From Nanobdellota archaeon (GTDB lineage Archaea; Nanobdellota; Nanobdellia; Pacearchaeales; GW2011-AR1): a stretch of 64,000 bases of DNA. The DNA lies in NCBI GenBank assembly GCA_043810695.1, contig JBDRNV010000005.1:10590-74589 (forward strand). The letters run 5' to 3'. This document shows positions 20,356 to 30,428 of the stretch, one piece after another. The notes below the pieces were generated by a model. It had not been told where the DNA came from and did no database searches. It saw nothing but the letters and a program-made list of their open reading frames with translations. Within the stretch, counting starts at the first letter, position 1. Each line of letters opens with the position of its first letter. The translations under genes and the position numbers were made by a program.

Positions 20356-21156
20356 TTAAGCTCTGTATAATGTCTGTAATCCTGTAATGTCTGGTATTTC
20401 AAGGGTTCTTTTCTGCGTTTCTCCATATTCAGAATATCCATACATTGTTACTGCTGAACAGACTGTGTCATACACATCTGCTAAACCAGCACCATGACCA
20501 ATTTCATGTGTTGCTATATTTTGCAAATCCATTAGTATTGGATTAACTGTTGCATCTCCCCATGTCCAATCTGTATCAAACATTACATCAAATTCAACTA
20601 TTGATTTTGTCGCTGGATTGTACCATACTGTTGTTACTGCTATAACTCCTGCAGTTGGATAATTACCAAATGTTATAGCATTCGCATAATTCTGAACCCC
20701 ATAAGTTGCCATGTAATCAACCATATAAGCATCATTCATCAGCTCCTTATTTGTTGCTACATCCCAGGTTTCAGCTGAAGTAGATACAGCATTAGTGATA
20801 AATCTTTCATCTAGACCCTGTGGATTTGTCGGGTTAATCACATAATTTACTGGTAGAGCTGTCCATCTCACTTTTGTTGGTGTCAGAAACTTATAACAAG
20901 AAGGTGCTTTGGGTTGTTTGGCTGCTTCAGGTTTTGCGAAATCTTTCTTGTAATGGATAAATTCTATTTTTTCTAAACCTGGTGGTGTTGGAAGTGCCCA
21001 GTCGCCATCTATGACCGGTGATTTATCTACCGCTATTCCTGCATTTTCCTTTGCATTGTTATTTGCTGGAATCATCATAGAAGCTGAAACTATTACTAAA
21101 AATGCCAAAAATGTTATTGCCAAAATAGAAATCATCCAATGTAATTTCATTTTCAT
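20356..21156 (-). CDS. secreted zinc metalloprotease, metzincin-like with HExxHxxGxxD (snapalysin/M7-like) motif
   Basis: N-terminal signal peptide. THEIGHGAGLAD zinc-binding motif with Asp as third ligand, and a downstream Met-turn-like CSAVTMYGY. Confidence 0.6.
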   Translation of the reverse strand: MKMKLHWMISILAITFLAFLVIVSASMMIPANNNAKENAGIAVDKSPVIDGDWALPTPPGLEKIEFIHYKKDFAKPEAAKQPKAPSCYKFLTPTKVRWTALPVNYVINPTNPQGLDERFITNAVSTSAETWDVATNKELMNDAYMVDYMATYGVQNYANAITFGNYPTAGVIAVTTVWYNPATKSIVEFDVMFDTDWTWGDATVNPILMDLQNIATHEIGHGAGLADVYDTVCSAVTMYGYSEYGETQKRTLEIPDITGLQTLYRA

Positions 21157-21281
21157 TTTTTTACCTCTTTATCAATAATTCAATTACATTAAATATTTAA
21201 ATGTTTTTATTTTCTTGTGAAGCAAGGCTAAATGTGGCGAATCAATTAAAAATATAAAAAGCCTTTTAAATAACCTATAAA

Positions 21282-23585
21282 ATGCCAAGAAACAAACAGA
21301 AAAAAACAAAAGCAGAAACTTCAGCAGAGCAATTTTTTCCTGTAGATCCTGAAGATATTAAGCATTCTGTTGAAAAAATGTATAAAGAAACTGACTTAGA
21401 TTCTCTGCAAACAATTGAAAAAATTGGTGAAAAAAAATTAATAGGAAAAAGTGACAAAACAAAAAAAATTAGAAAGATTAAATCAAAAGATAAATCTACG
21501 ATTAAAATTAAACCACAAAAAGTAGAATTAAAAGAAGGAGGTTATGAACTGATAATAACAGAGAAACCTCAGGCAGCCTTAAAGATTGCTTCTGCTCTTG
21601 GTAAATTAACAGAAAAAAATGTAAATAGAGTTTCTTATTATGAAGTTGAAAGAAATGGAAAAAAAATAATTGTCGCATGTGCTGTCGGACATCTTTTCAC
21701 ATTAAAACAAAATAATCCAGGACCAAAACTGCCTGTATTTGATATAGGATGGGTTCCTAATTATCTTGTTCTGAAAAAAGACTTTTCAAAGAGATATTAT
21801 GATGTACTTGTAAAACTAGTAAAAAATGCAGGAAGTATAACAATTGCAACAGACTATGATATTGAAGGAGAAGTTATAGGATTAAATATTGTAAAATTCA
21901 TAGCAGGACAAAAAGATGCCAATCGTATGAAATTCTCAACTCTTACTGAAAAAGAATTAAATGATGCTTATGAATCAAAAAATTCAAGTATTAACTGGGG
22001 ACAAGCAATTGCAGGAGAAACAAGGCATTATCTTGACTGGTTTTATGGAATAAATTTATCACGTGCCCTTATGAATGCAATAAAACTAACAGGCAAATTT
22101 AAAATAATGTCAATAGGAAGGGTGCAAGGACCTGCATTAAATCTTATAGTAAAAAAAGAGAGAAATATTCTTTCATTCAAATCACAACCATACTGGCAGG
22201 TTTTTATAACTCTTACAAATCCGGCTATTGAATTAAAATATACAAAAGATATATTCAACAAAGCAGAATTATCAAAATTTAAAGACATTATTAAAAAAAA
22301 GGCAATAGTATCAACAACTAAAACTCAGCAGACTATTCCTCCATCTCCCCCATTTAACCTGACTAATCTTCAAATAGAAGCATATGCTTTACATGGAATA
22401 ACTCCTGCAAATACACTAAGAGCAGCCCAGTCATTATATCTTAAAGGTTTAATATCATATCCAAGAACATCAAGCCAAAAATTACCTTCATCGATAGATT
22501 ACAAAACAATACTTAAAAAAATATCAAAACAATATAACGCAGAATATTTAATAAAAAGGAATAAGCCTGTTGAGGGAAGCAAAACAGATCCAGCTCATCC
22601 CTCAATATACCCAACAGGAAATATATCAAAACTTGAACGAGATGAGGAAAAAATATACAATCTTATCGTAAGAAGATTTTTATCTTTATTCTGCGATAAT
22701 GCAATAATTGAAAATAAAATTATAAAAGCAATGGTAGACAACCTTACCTTTGCTACAAAAGGGAGTTCAATAAAAAACAAAGGTTGGATGGAGATTTATC
22801 CTGCAAAAATAATTGAAAGAGAACTTCCAGATGCAGAAGGAGAAATTAAGATAGGAAAATCAAGAACAGAAGAAAAGCAAACTCAACCACCAAGAAGATA
22901 TTCACCTGCTTCTATAATATCTGAATTGGAAAAGAGAGACCTTGGAACAAAGGCAACACGAGCTGCGATTCTTGAAACACTTTATGACAGGGGGTATATA
23001 AAAGAAAAAAGCATTGAGGCAACTCCTCTTGGAATGTCACTTATATCTACTCTTGAAAAGCACTCTCCAATAATAATAGACGAGGAACTTACAAGAAGTT
23101 TTGAAAAAGAAATGGATGTAATTTTAAAATCTAAGAAAGATTTGGAAGCAAAAGAAGAGAAAATAAAGGAAAAAGCAAAATCAGCTATAACAGAAATAAT
23201 AAAACAGTTTGAAAAAGAAGGGGAAACAATAGGAGAAGAACTTGTAAAGGCACAGGAAGAGGAAAGAGCAAACCAAAGAGAAAAGAGTAAGATAATGCCA
23301 TGCCCTGTATGCAACAAAGGAACTCTCGCAATAACATATTCAAAAAAGAACAGGAGATTTTTCATTGCATGTGATGCTTATCCAAACTGCAAAACAACAT
23401 ATTCACTTCCCCCATACGGAAGCATAAGAAGAACAGAATCAAAATGCTGGAAATGTAATTTTCCTTTGTTAATGTCCTTACAAAAGGGAAGAAAACCCTG
23501 GACTTTCTGCTTTAACCGTGAATGTCCCACAAATAAAGAGAGATTAGAGAAATATAGAGAGAAAAAAGAAAATAATAGAGAATGA
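21282..23585 (+). CDS. topA: DNA topoisomerase I (type IA) with Lys-rich N-terminal extension and C-terminal zinc ribbons
   Basis: TOPRIM motif (IATDYDIEGE), the type IA core (catalytic Tyr region GLISYPRTSS), and three C-terminal C4 zinc ribbons (CPVCNKG...CDAYPNC, CWKCNF, CFNRECP). About 55-90 aa of K-rich extension precedes TOPRIM. Confidence 0.8.
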   Translation: MPRNKQKKTKAETSAEQFFPVDPEDIKHSVEKMYKETDLDSLQTIEKIGEKKLIGKSDKTKKIRKIKSKDKSTIKIKPQKVELKEGGYELIITEKPQAALKIASALGKLTEKNVNRVSYYEVERNGKKIIVACAVGHLFTLKQNNPGPKLPVFDIGWVPNYLVLKKDFSKRYYDVLVKLVKNAGSITIATDYDIEGEVIGLNIVKFIAGQKDANRMKFSTLTEKELNDAYESKNSSINWGQAIAGETRHYLDWFYGINLSRALMNAIKLTGKFKIMSIGRVQGPALNLIVKKERNILSFKSQPYWQVFITLTNPAIELKYTKDIFNKAELSKFKDIIKKKAIVSTTKTQQTIPPSPPFNLTNLQIEAYALHGITPANTLRAAQSLYLKGLISYPRTSSQKLPSSIDYKTILKKISKQYNAEYLIKRNKPVEGSKTDPAHPSIYPTGNISKLERDEEKIYNLIVRRFLSLFCDNAIIENKIIKAMVDNLTFATKGSSIKNKGWMEIYPAKIIERELPDAEGEIKIGKSRTEEKQTQPPRRYSPASIISELEKRDLGTKATRAAILETLYDRGYIKEKSIEATPLGMSLISTLEKHSPIIIDEELTRSFEKEMDVILKSKKDLEAKEEKIKEKAKSAITEIIKQFEKEGETIGEELVKAQEEERANQREKSKIMPCPVCNKGTLAITYSKKNRRFFIACDAYPNCKTTYSLPPYGSIRRTESKCWKCNFPLLMSLQKGRKPWTFCFNRECPTNKERLEKYREKKENNRE

Positions 23586-23875
23586 TTTATAACAAAGTTT
23601 AAATTATATTCTATCTAATTAATAACTATGAGTGATAAGGATATTGCAATAGGAATTTGTGGAGCAATATTAGTTGGTAGTACATATTTGCTAATACGAA
23701 GTTCTTATGAATTAAAGAAACTATGGAATAGATTTTATAATCCAAGCTCACAAGAATATCAACAATATCATAATAAGCGGGGAGAATTAGAAAATAAAAT
23801 TGATCCATTATATTCAGAAAATTCTAATCAAGAGTAATTCTGAAGTAGTTACAACACCATAAGATTTATAAATAC

Positions 23876-24139
23876 GTGTTTTTTATAAAAAACATGAAAA
23901 AAACACTTGCAACACTTGCATTGGGAGGCTTATTGGCTTTAGGCGGATGCGACAGCGAGAAAGCAAAAATAGATGAAAAGGTTAAAAATTTGCATGTTGG
24001 ACAAAAACTTGATTGTTCAATAGAATATTATAGTGATCTCGTAGAAGAGAATACAGAATATCTGAAATATAAATATTCACCAATCAACGGAAATTCTAGT
24101 TTTATAACGGTAAAGAATGATACAATAGTATCTATTTGA
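23876..24139 (+). CDS. putative lipoprotein (paralog A)
   Basis: MKKTLATLALGGLLALGGC signal with a lipobox-like LGGC. Confidence 0.4.
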   Translation: MFFIKNMKKTLATLALGGLLALGGCDSEKAKIDEKVKNLHVGQKLDCSIEYYSDLVEENTEYLKYKYSPINGNSSFITVKNDTIVSI

Positions 24140-24152
24140 AAACGTCACTAAC

Positions 24153-24584
24153 ATGAAAAAAACACTTGCAACACTTGCGCTTGGAGGATTAATGGTTTTA
24201 GGTGGAAGTGGATGTCAGACTGAAGTTAACCAAAAAACAGGAGTAGGAATACAAGTAAATCCAAATTCTAAAAAAGATAGCTCATCTTCTTTAACTATTA
24301 ACGTCTCTGGACCGCTAACCGATGTTGATGGTGATAATAAATTAGACATTATTTTTGGAGTTTATTTTTCTGGAGCACAAAATCACAGACATGATGATTA
24401 TTATGTGTTTTATAAAAGAAACTTAGGAGATGGAAATTTTGATAAACCTAAATTTTTATATGCAATTGAATTTATGAAAGACATACAAAAAGCTGGAATT
24501 CCATTTGAACTTGGTGTAGACCCTAATTCTCCAAGAGGAAAATACCTTATGAATTTAATTATAAAAGAAGAAGAAAATTTTTAA
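24153..24584 (+). CDS. putative lipoprotein (paralog B)
   Basis: Near-identical N-terminus MKKTLATLALGGLMVLGGSGC, a tandem duplicate of the upstream gene. Confidence 0.4.
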   Translation: MKKTLATLALGGLMVLGGSGCQTEVNQKTGVGIQVNPNSKKDSSSSLTINVSGPLTDVDGDNKLDIIFGVYFSGAQNHRHDDYYVFYKRNLGDGNFDKPKFLYAIEFMKDIQKAGIPFELGVDPNSPRGKYLMNLIIKEEENF

Positions 24585-24590
24585 TAATCA

Positions 24591-25799
24591 CTAAACCCAC
24601 TCTCCAAGAACCTTTTGAGTCTTCATATTCTCTATAAGCTTACTTTTCTTCAGAACTTTTTCAGGATCAAAGCCGAATTTTATCATTCCTATCTTTTTTG
24701 CACTTTCAACCAGCTCTTTGATTTCTGTAAAATTCAGCTTTTTATGATTAAGAGCTTTTCGTACAGATTCTCGTACAACCCACACTCCAAGAGCAGCCCA
24801 ATAACTTGGAAGTTCTATTCTTATTGCAAGTACAGATGCCTGTCTGTTTATTCTTTCAAGATACTCTAAAATAGGAAGTCTAGAAGCATAATAACCTCCA
24901 GCTGTATCTGAAGCATAATTCTTCCTTCCGGAAAATCCTTCAAAATCAGTTGCAGCTTTTATTTCATTGCCAGGATTCCATGAACTTCCAGGCAGATATA
25001 ACTCAAAAAGCTCATAGCTCCATACATTTGGAAAAAGCATTATTAGATATGCATTACCCATAAACTCCCCAAAAAATAATTCATAATTTTCAATCCATTT
25101 GTAATTTTTAATTTTCTCAAGAAGCTTTTTTCCAAGTATATCATCTGTTGCTGTTATGCTCCATCTTGTTGGAACAAGCCTTTTATCCTTCTTCATTCCA
25201 AGAACACCAACACTAAGAATTTTGCTTAACGCATATTCATTAAATTTATTTTTATAAAGATATTGAATTCCTTCTGCTGCTTTTATATCATCATTAACAA
25301 CTTTGTCAAGCTTTTGGCTTATCTTTACATTGCTTGTTATTTTTGCTTTTTTCAGCGGAGCCCTCATTCCTTGAGGAAGAAGAATTTTATCTTTTCTTAA
25401 TCCAGGACCTATTTTATTTTGAAGCTCAATTTCAACATCAACAGGACTTGAAGCCATTGCAAGCTCCTGAGCAATCTGAATGAATTTTGTATTATCTTTT
25501 CTTATATCTTTTACATTTGTCTGAAATCTTGAATTAAGAAGGTTATCTCTTAGATTTACTACATCTCTTATACCAAAATTATTCTCAGCCCAGTATTTTG
25601 CATCATCATAAACCCATGCATTTTCATCTTTTTCAAGAGGACTTAAAATACCAACGTTTACTAAAGGGTATGTAAGTTTAGAACCAACAAAAACACTTGG
25701 TGGAGAGTTTGTATTAAGCTCTGAAATTTTATCCAAATCCTTATATTTAAAGTTTATTTCTGCTATTTTTTTTATTACTTCAAATCTTATATCCGTCAT
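24591..25799 (-). CDS. conserved hypothetical protein (possibly Nre/COG1602-like); start set at internal Met to avoid overlap
   Basis: A long ORF is present. The first 66 codons of the track ORF overlap the upstream gene, so the ATG at 25799 (MTDIRFE...) is the likelier start. The RLVPTRWSITATDD region looks conserved, but the family call is uncertain. Confidence 0.4.
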   Translation of the reverse strand: MTDIRFEVIKKIAEINFKYKDLDKISELNTNSPPSVFVGSKLTYPLVNVGILSPLEKDENAWVYDDAKYWAENNFGIRDVVNLRDNLLNSRFQTNVKDIRKDNTKFIQIAQELAMASSPVDVEIELQNKIGPGLRKDKILLPQGMRAPLKKAKITSNVKISQKLDKVVNDDIKAAEGIQYLYKNKFNEYALSKILSVGVLGMKKDKRLVPTRWSITATDDILGKKLLEKIKNYKWIENYELFFGEFMGNAYLIMLFPNVWSYELFELYLPGSSWNPGNEIKAATDFEGFSGRKNYASDTAGGYYASRLPILEYLERINRQASVLAIRIELPSYWAALGVWVVRESVRKALNHKKLNFTEIKELVESAKKIGMIKFGFDPEKVLKKSKLIENMKTQKVLGEWV

Positions 25800-25830
25800 A
25801 GATAATATATGACTTAAAAGTTTATATTCT

Positions 25831-26538
25831 TTAAGAACTACCTGAAAGTTGCTCAATTTTAGGATGTTTACAATAATACAAAGACCTAAATTCAAAAAAA
25901 TTTGTTCTGATAAAAAATCTAGAATCTTTTTCTTCAAGATTTTCTTTTTGTAGAATTCTATTTCTGGCATGAAAAATTCCATAATCATTTGACACAAAAA
26001 TAACTGGATTTGATGTCATAGAAAGAGTTATTCCAGTAATAAGAAAATCAAAATCAGTATAGCTTAAACCATTCTCTTTTATAAGCTTTTGATATTTTTC
26101 AAAGATTCTATCATATATATTTCCCATTTCTCCTTCTAAAATAATCAGTTTATCATTATCAGTAAAAGCACTTATTATTTTTCTTTGTTCTTTTTGTTCT
26201 TTGTTAATCATTCTACGCAGTCTTAATAATTCTCTATCTTTATGTCCCCCAGCTCTTCTAATCATTTTCATATAATTATAATGATGATGAGAGTAAAGTT
26301 CTTTTATTACAGAATCGGTTGTGAAAAAATTATTTTTATTTAGAATATACTCTTTCATTTCATTAAGAAATTCGTTATTTTTCTCTAAAAAATCAGCTTT
26401 TGCTTTTTCCTTTCTATTTTCAAAAAATTCTTTATTTTTCCCTAAAGGACAAATAATAACAGAAGTATCAAAAAGAATATGGCAATCTTCAGATGTTAGT
26501 TCTTCTAAAGATTTTATTTCTGAATTATTTATATCCAT
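25831..26538 (-). CDS. hypothetical protein
   Basis: 235-aa ORF with no confident motif. Confidence 0.35.
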   Translation of the reverse strand: MDINNSEIKSLEELTSEDCHILFDTSVIICPLGKNKEFFENRKEKAKADFLEKNNEFLNEMKEYILNKNNFFTTDSVIKELYSHHHYNYMKMIRRAGGHKDRELLRLRRMINKEQKEQRKIISAFTDNDKLIILEGEMGNIYDRIFEKYQKLIKENGLSYTDFDFLITGITLSMTSNPVIFVSNDYGIFHARNRILQKENLEEKDSRFFIRTNFFEFRSLYYCKHPKIEQLSGSS

Positions 26539-26590
26539 CTTCTTCTAAAATACTTTATTTTGACCAAGCGTGGACGAAATAGTGGCATAT

Positions 26591-27343
26591 TCATATCCAC
26601 CCTTTGCGAAATATGCCCTCATTTCTTATTTCAAAATTTAATTCTTTTATTGGCATGCTTCTGTGCTTCAAAAGAACAGCCTTTTTCTTTCCATCGTTGA
26701 TTTTTAATTCAATTATGGTTTTGCTCCAGTACTTAAACAAGTCTCCTCCTACAATATTTGTCTCTGGTTTAATTCCTTTTTTCCATTCTTCTTCTGACAA
26801 AAATCCATGATAAACCTGATTTGTAATTAAAATTGGCAGATTCTGTTTCCTTGAAATTTCAGCAAGAATTCTCATTTGTTTTGCAACTTCTCTATTAACT
26901 TCCTTGACTTTATTATCATCTTTAAGATTTAGTGCATCACCAAGTTCAAGCCTGTAAAGCATAGCCATTCCATCAATAATTATTAATCCAATTTCTTCTT
27001 TTTTCACTTTATTAAGAAGGTTTAGGAAGATTTTTTTCTGTTCGTCAAAATTCACTGGATTTAGAATGAGGATGTTCTTAAGAATATTCTCATAGCTTTC
27101 TCCTGTAATTTGTTTTATTCTTTCACTAGAAAAACCACCTTCTGTGTCTATAAAAATAATCTTGCCGCCTTTTTTAGCAAGGCTACATGCAGCTAAAATA
27201 ACAAAATTAGTTTTTCCGCTTGCAGGCGGACCTGCAATCATTGTAATTATCCCTTTTTCATAACCACCATAAAGCCATTTGTTAAGGTCAAAACTTCCAG
27301 CTGAAATTTTCTCAATCCGCATTTTAAAAATATTTTCCTTCAA
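26591..27343 (-). CDS. radB: RadB-like RecA-superfamily ATPase
   Basis: GPPASGKTNF Walker A, IDTEGGFSSERI, and an NQV motif. About 250 aa with no N-terminal HhH domain, as in RadB. Confidence 0.75.
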   Translation of the reverse strand: MKENIFKMRIEKISAGSFDLNKWLYGGYEKGIITMIAGPPASGKTNFVILAACSLAKKGGKIIFIDTEGGFSSERIKQITGESYENILKNILILNPVNFDEQKKIFLNLLNKVKKEEIGLIIIDGMAMLYRLELGDALNLKDDNKVKEVNREVAKQMRILAEISRKQNLPILITNQVYHGFLSEEEWKKGIKPETNIVGGDLFKYWSKTIIELKINDGKKKAVLLKHRSMPIKELNFEIRNEGIFRKGWI

Positions 27344-27713
27344 CTAAACGAGATACAACTTTCTCTGTTATGTCTGAAAGCTTCAGGGTAAAAACATCAA
27401 AATATCCTGCAAATCTCACCTCACTAATTTCTCCAGAAGGAGTTATTTTCAAACGAGATTTTTTTAACTTTGCAAGATAAGTAACTGCTTCTAAAGAATC
27501 TCCTGTGTGTGATGTTTTTCCTATAAAACTTCCATAATAATTCTTAACTATTAATTCTGCTCCAGAAGCTTCTTCTTTAAATTCTCTTGCTAGTGCTTCA
27601 ACATCTGACTCTCCTTCTCTTGGTTTTCCACCAGGCAAAATCCAAACTAAACCCTTTCTAAAAAGCAAAAGTCTGTTTTTTATCATTATCACAGCATTAA
27701 TAGCTTTTCTCAT
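27324..27713 (-). CDS. NUDIX hydrolase
   Basis: Nudix box GGKPREGESDVEALAREFKEEAS. Confidence 0.65.
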   Translation of the reverse strand: MRKAINAVIMIKNRLLLFRKGLVWILPGGKPREGESDVEALAREFKEEASGAELIVKNYYGSFIGKTSHTGDSLEAVTYLAKLKKSRLKITPSGEISEVRFAGYFDVFTLKLSDITEKVVSRLVEGKYF

Positions 27714-27781
27714 AAAAAATATAGAAAAAGATGATTAATAAGAATTGTTGTGATTGTCTTTTAAAGGAAGATTAGTTCTCG

Positions 27782-28045
27782 CTACTTCATAGCCTTGAAA
27801 TCTTTCTCAATTTTCTCAAGGTCTTTTGTTATTGTGTCAATTGCATCAGCAACTGCTTTTTTAACTGTTTTTCCTTTTGTTTTAACATTGATTATTGGTT
27901 TCTCAGTAGGATGTTCTCTTTTCCATGCTGCAAAAGTAACAGAAGGATCCTTGTTCAGATAAACTCTAAGAAGTTCTACCATTGTAAGATTTTCAAGCTG
28001 CATCTCAATTTCATCCTTTGAACTCTTTAAAACATTTATTTCCAT
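27782..28045 (-). CDS. rpoL: DNA-directed RNA polymerase subunit L (Rpo11)
   Basis: 87 aa. The EHP...TMVELLR region resembles the RpoL/Rpb11 fold signature. Confidence 0.55.
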   Translation of the reverse strand: MEINVLKSSKDEIEMQLENLTMVELLRVYLNKDPSVTFAAWKREHPTEKPIINVKTKGKTVKKAVADAIDTITKDLEKIEKDFKAMK

Positions 28046-28090
28046 ATTAAGAATTCTTTAAGATAGTTTAAAAATATTGTTATTTTTGTT

Positions 28091-28825
28091 TCATTCTTCA
28101 TCCAAAGCCTTTTCATTAAAATCTTCTAAATTAATAGGTTCTTCTAAGTCAGCATCTCCAAATTCTGGTTCAAATTGAGTTTCCTTAATTTGACCACGCG
28201 TAGACGAGTTTTTTTCCCTTTCGTCTTTTATTCTCTTTAAATCAGAAATAGTAAAATTTTGTACTGTTGCTGGATCAAATTTCAAAATTCTAGCTGGCTG
28301 TTTTTGTGGTTCCTCTGAAATTGTTTTCCTTATTTCACTTTTGATAATATTTATACCTAAAAAACTTTCAAGTTTTTTAACAAGCTTGTAACTATCATCA
28401 GGAAGAATTCCATTTTCTGCCATTTTTATTGCAGCTTCTGATTCTGAAATTTCTTTTGCAAGCTGCTCTTGTGTTATTTTTTTCATTCTTCTTTCTCTCA
28501 TAATAACCCAATGAAAATTATCAACAAGGTCTGGTCTTGGTTTTTTTTCAGCTTGAATATTTTTTTCATAATTTCTGTCTACAATTTGTCTAAGAGTAGT
28601 TTCTATTTTATCAGAAACCACTTTTTTATTACGGGTATCCCCAACTCTTTTATAATAAGGAACTATTTTTTCAGCTTCTTTAAGCTGTGAGGTGGTGGGT
28701 CTTTTTAAAATTGGAAGATTCTCTTTTACAGCACATAATTCACAAACTTTTATAATTTCTTTTGACGATATAGCATCTAGAAGCATATTTTCAGACTGTT
28801 CTATACCGCAAATAGAGCATTCCAT
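28091..28825 (-). CDS. MBF1-like protein: N-terminal zinc ribbon + Cro/C1-type HTH, acidic C-terminal tail
   Basis: MECSICG...VCELCA zinc ribbon, and ITQEQLAKEISESEAAIKMAENG HTH_3. C-terminal D/E-rich tail. Confidence 0.5.
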   Translation of the reverse strand: MECSICGIEQSENMLLDAISSKEIIKVCELCAVKENLPILKRPTTSQLKEAEKIVPYYKRVGDTRNKKVVSDKIETTLRQIVDRNYEKNIQAEKKPRPDLVDNFHWVIMRERRMKKITQEQLAKEISESEAAIKMAENGILPDDSYKLVKKLESFLGINIIKSEIRKTISEEPQKQPARILKFDPATVQNFTISDLKRIKDEREKNSSTRGQIKETQFEPEFGDADLEEPINLEDFNEKALDEE

Positions 28826-28976
28826 TAAAAAAAGATAAGAATCAGGTTTTTTAATATTTGTATTTAAAAAAATATGTTTCTTGAAGTGGTTAGTTTCACT
28901 TCGTTACATCCAAATTTTTCTATTTTATATGAAGAGTTTCTAATTCTTCGGGTAATTCGTAAGCTCACACCAAGAA

Positions 28977-30428
28977 TTAATTTGAATAAATCCAATTTAC
29001 TTCTTTGTCTTTTGAACATTCAAAAACCAAATTATAATTTTCTTTCATAATCTTATTTAAGTTTTGCCATTTCTCTGTTTCAAGTCCAGAATTAAATTTT
29101 GTAAACACAAAATAAATTTTTTTATTGGTAGAGTTTTCTAATTCTTTAATTGTTTCTTCATTTAGTTTATCTGGGTAATATGCATTTTCTTGTTTTGCAT
29201 AATATCTAAACAAAGGAGGACTTTCACTAACAATTAAAAAGTTCCCTTGAATTTCTTTTAATTTAAAACCAACTTGTGTAAAACAATCTGTGTTTATATT
29301 ATGGTAAGTTTTGTAAGTATCATAAAAGTTTAAACATAAAGAGAAAATTAAAATTCCCAAAAGAATTGTTATTATTAATTTTTTATATTTTTTGATTTTA
29401 TCAATAAAATACCCTGAAATTAAAACAATTGCCGGAACAACTGCTAAAATAAATCTATCTTCTTTATGAGGCATACAAATAGCCATTCCTAAAAAGAAAG
29501 TAAACCAAATCAAGAGAAAATAAATCTCTTTTTTGAAAAAATCTTTTTTATATAAAATATAAATTAAAGCAATTACAAAAACAAATCCAATTATTGAAAA
29601 CATCTGCCACCAATAATCAAAAAAGAAATGCCAAGATTGTAACCCTCCCCAATATGCAGATGCCTTTACTCCGTGAATAAATGCCCCAAAGGGATTGTTA
29701 TATTCAAAAATTCCATAAAAAAACCAAGGAATTAAGGTTATAAAAAAAGCTAAAATTGAATACCCCAAATATTTATCTTTAAGGAATTTTAAGGATTTGT
29801 CTCTAACTAAGAAATATAAAAGAAAAATAGGCATAATCCACAAAGCAGTATATCTTGATAGAAGAGCCAAAGCCAAAAAGACTCCAAATAATATTTTATG
29901 CTTTTTGTTTCCTTTTTCGTATCCTTTCCAGAAACTAAAAGAAGTGAGCAATACAAAAAATGTAAATAAAACTCCTGTTAAAACTCTGCCACTATAAAAA
30001 GTATGTAAGGGTATGAATGCAAAAAATAAAGAAGAAATTAATCCTATTTTTTGATTAAACAATTTTTCCCCTAATTTGTAAACAAGAATTACACTTAACG
30101 CGCCAATTAAAGGCATTAAAAAATTTAGAAGAAAACCAAAATTAAAAATATAAAAAAATGAAATTAAGTAGGGCAATAATGGTGCTCTAAAACCTGCTTT
30201 AGGATAACCATAAAAATCATCTCCTCCAGAAGGAATGAAATCGCTCCAACCATGTGAAAAAGAATAACTCAAAGGATTATGACTTAAATCAGAACCAAGA
30301 TTTAAGTATATTGTTTCATCCCACAATTTTACAGGCATAGAAAAAACAAAAATAATTCTAACTAAAAGTGCAATTATAAAAATAGCAATTATCCATTTAT
30401 TTTTTTTAATTATTTGCTGAATGTCCAT
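28977..30428 (-). CDS. PMT/ArnT-family (GT-C) membrane glycosyltransferase
   Basis: About 11 TM helices in the N-terminal two-thirds. Architecture is like COG1807 dolichyl-phosphate-sugar transferases. Confidence 0.55.
   Translation of the reverse strand: MDIQQIIKKNKWIIAIFIIALLVRIIFVFSMPVKLWDETIYLNLGSDLSHNPLSYSFSHGWSDFIPSGGDDFYGYPKAGFRAPLLPYLISFFYIFNFGFLLNFLMPLIGALSVILVYKLGEKLFNQKIGLISSLFFAFIPLHTFYSGRVLTGVLFTFFVLLTSFSFWKGYEKGNKKHKILFGVFLALALLSRYTALWIMPIFLLYFLVRDKSLKFLKDKYLGYSILAFFITLIPWFFYGIFEYNNPFGAFIHGVKASAYWGGLQSWHFFFDYWWQMFSIIGFVFVIALIYILYKKDFFKKEIYFLLIWFTFFLGMAICMPHKEDRFILAVVPAIVLISGYFIDKIKKYKKLIITILLGILIFSLCLNFYDTYKTYHNINTDCFTQVGFKLKEIQGNFLIVSESPPLFRYYAKQENAYYPDKLNEETIKELENSTNKKIYFVFTKFNSGLETEKWQNLNKIMKENYNLVFECSKDKEVNWIYSN

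Noticed and set aside
26560-28210. The two pairs of the GC-rich motif are each about 1.63-1.67 kb apart
   Set aside because: The intervening segments are unrelated (radB-nudix-rpoL versus the DGR target genes), so the similar spacing is probably coincidental.
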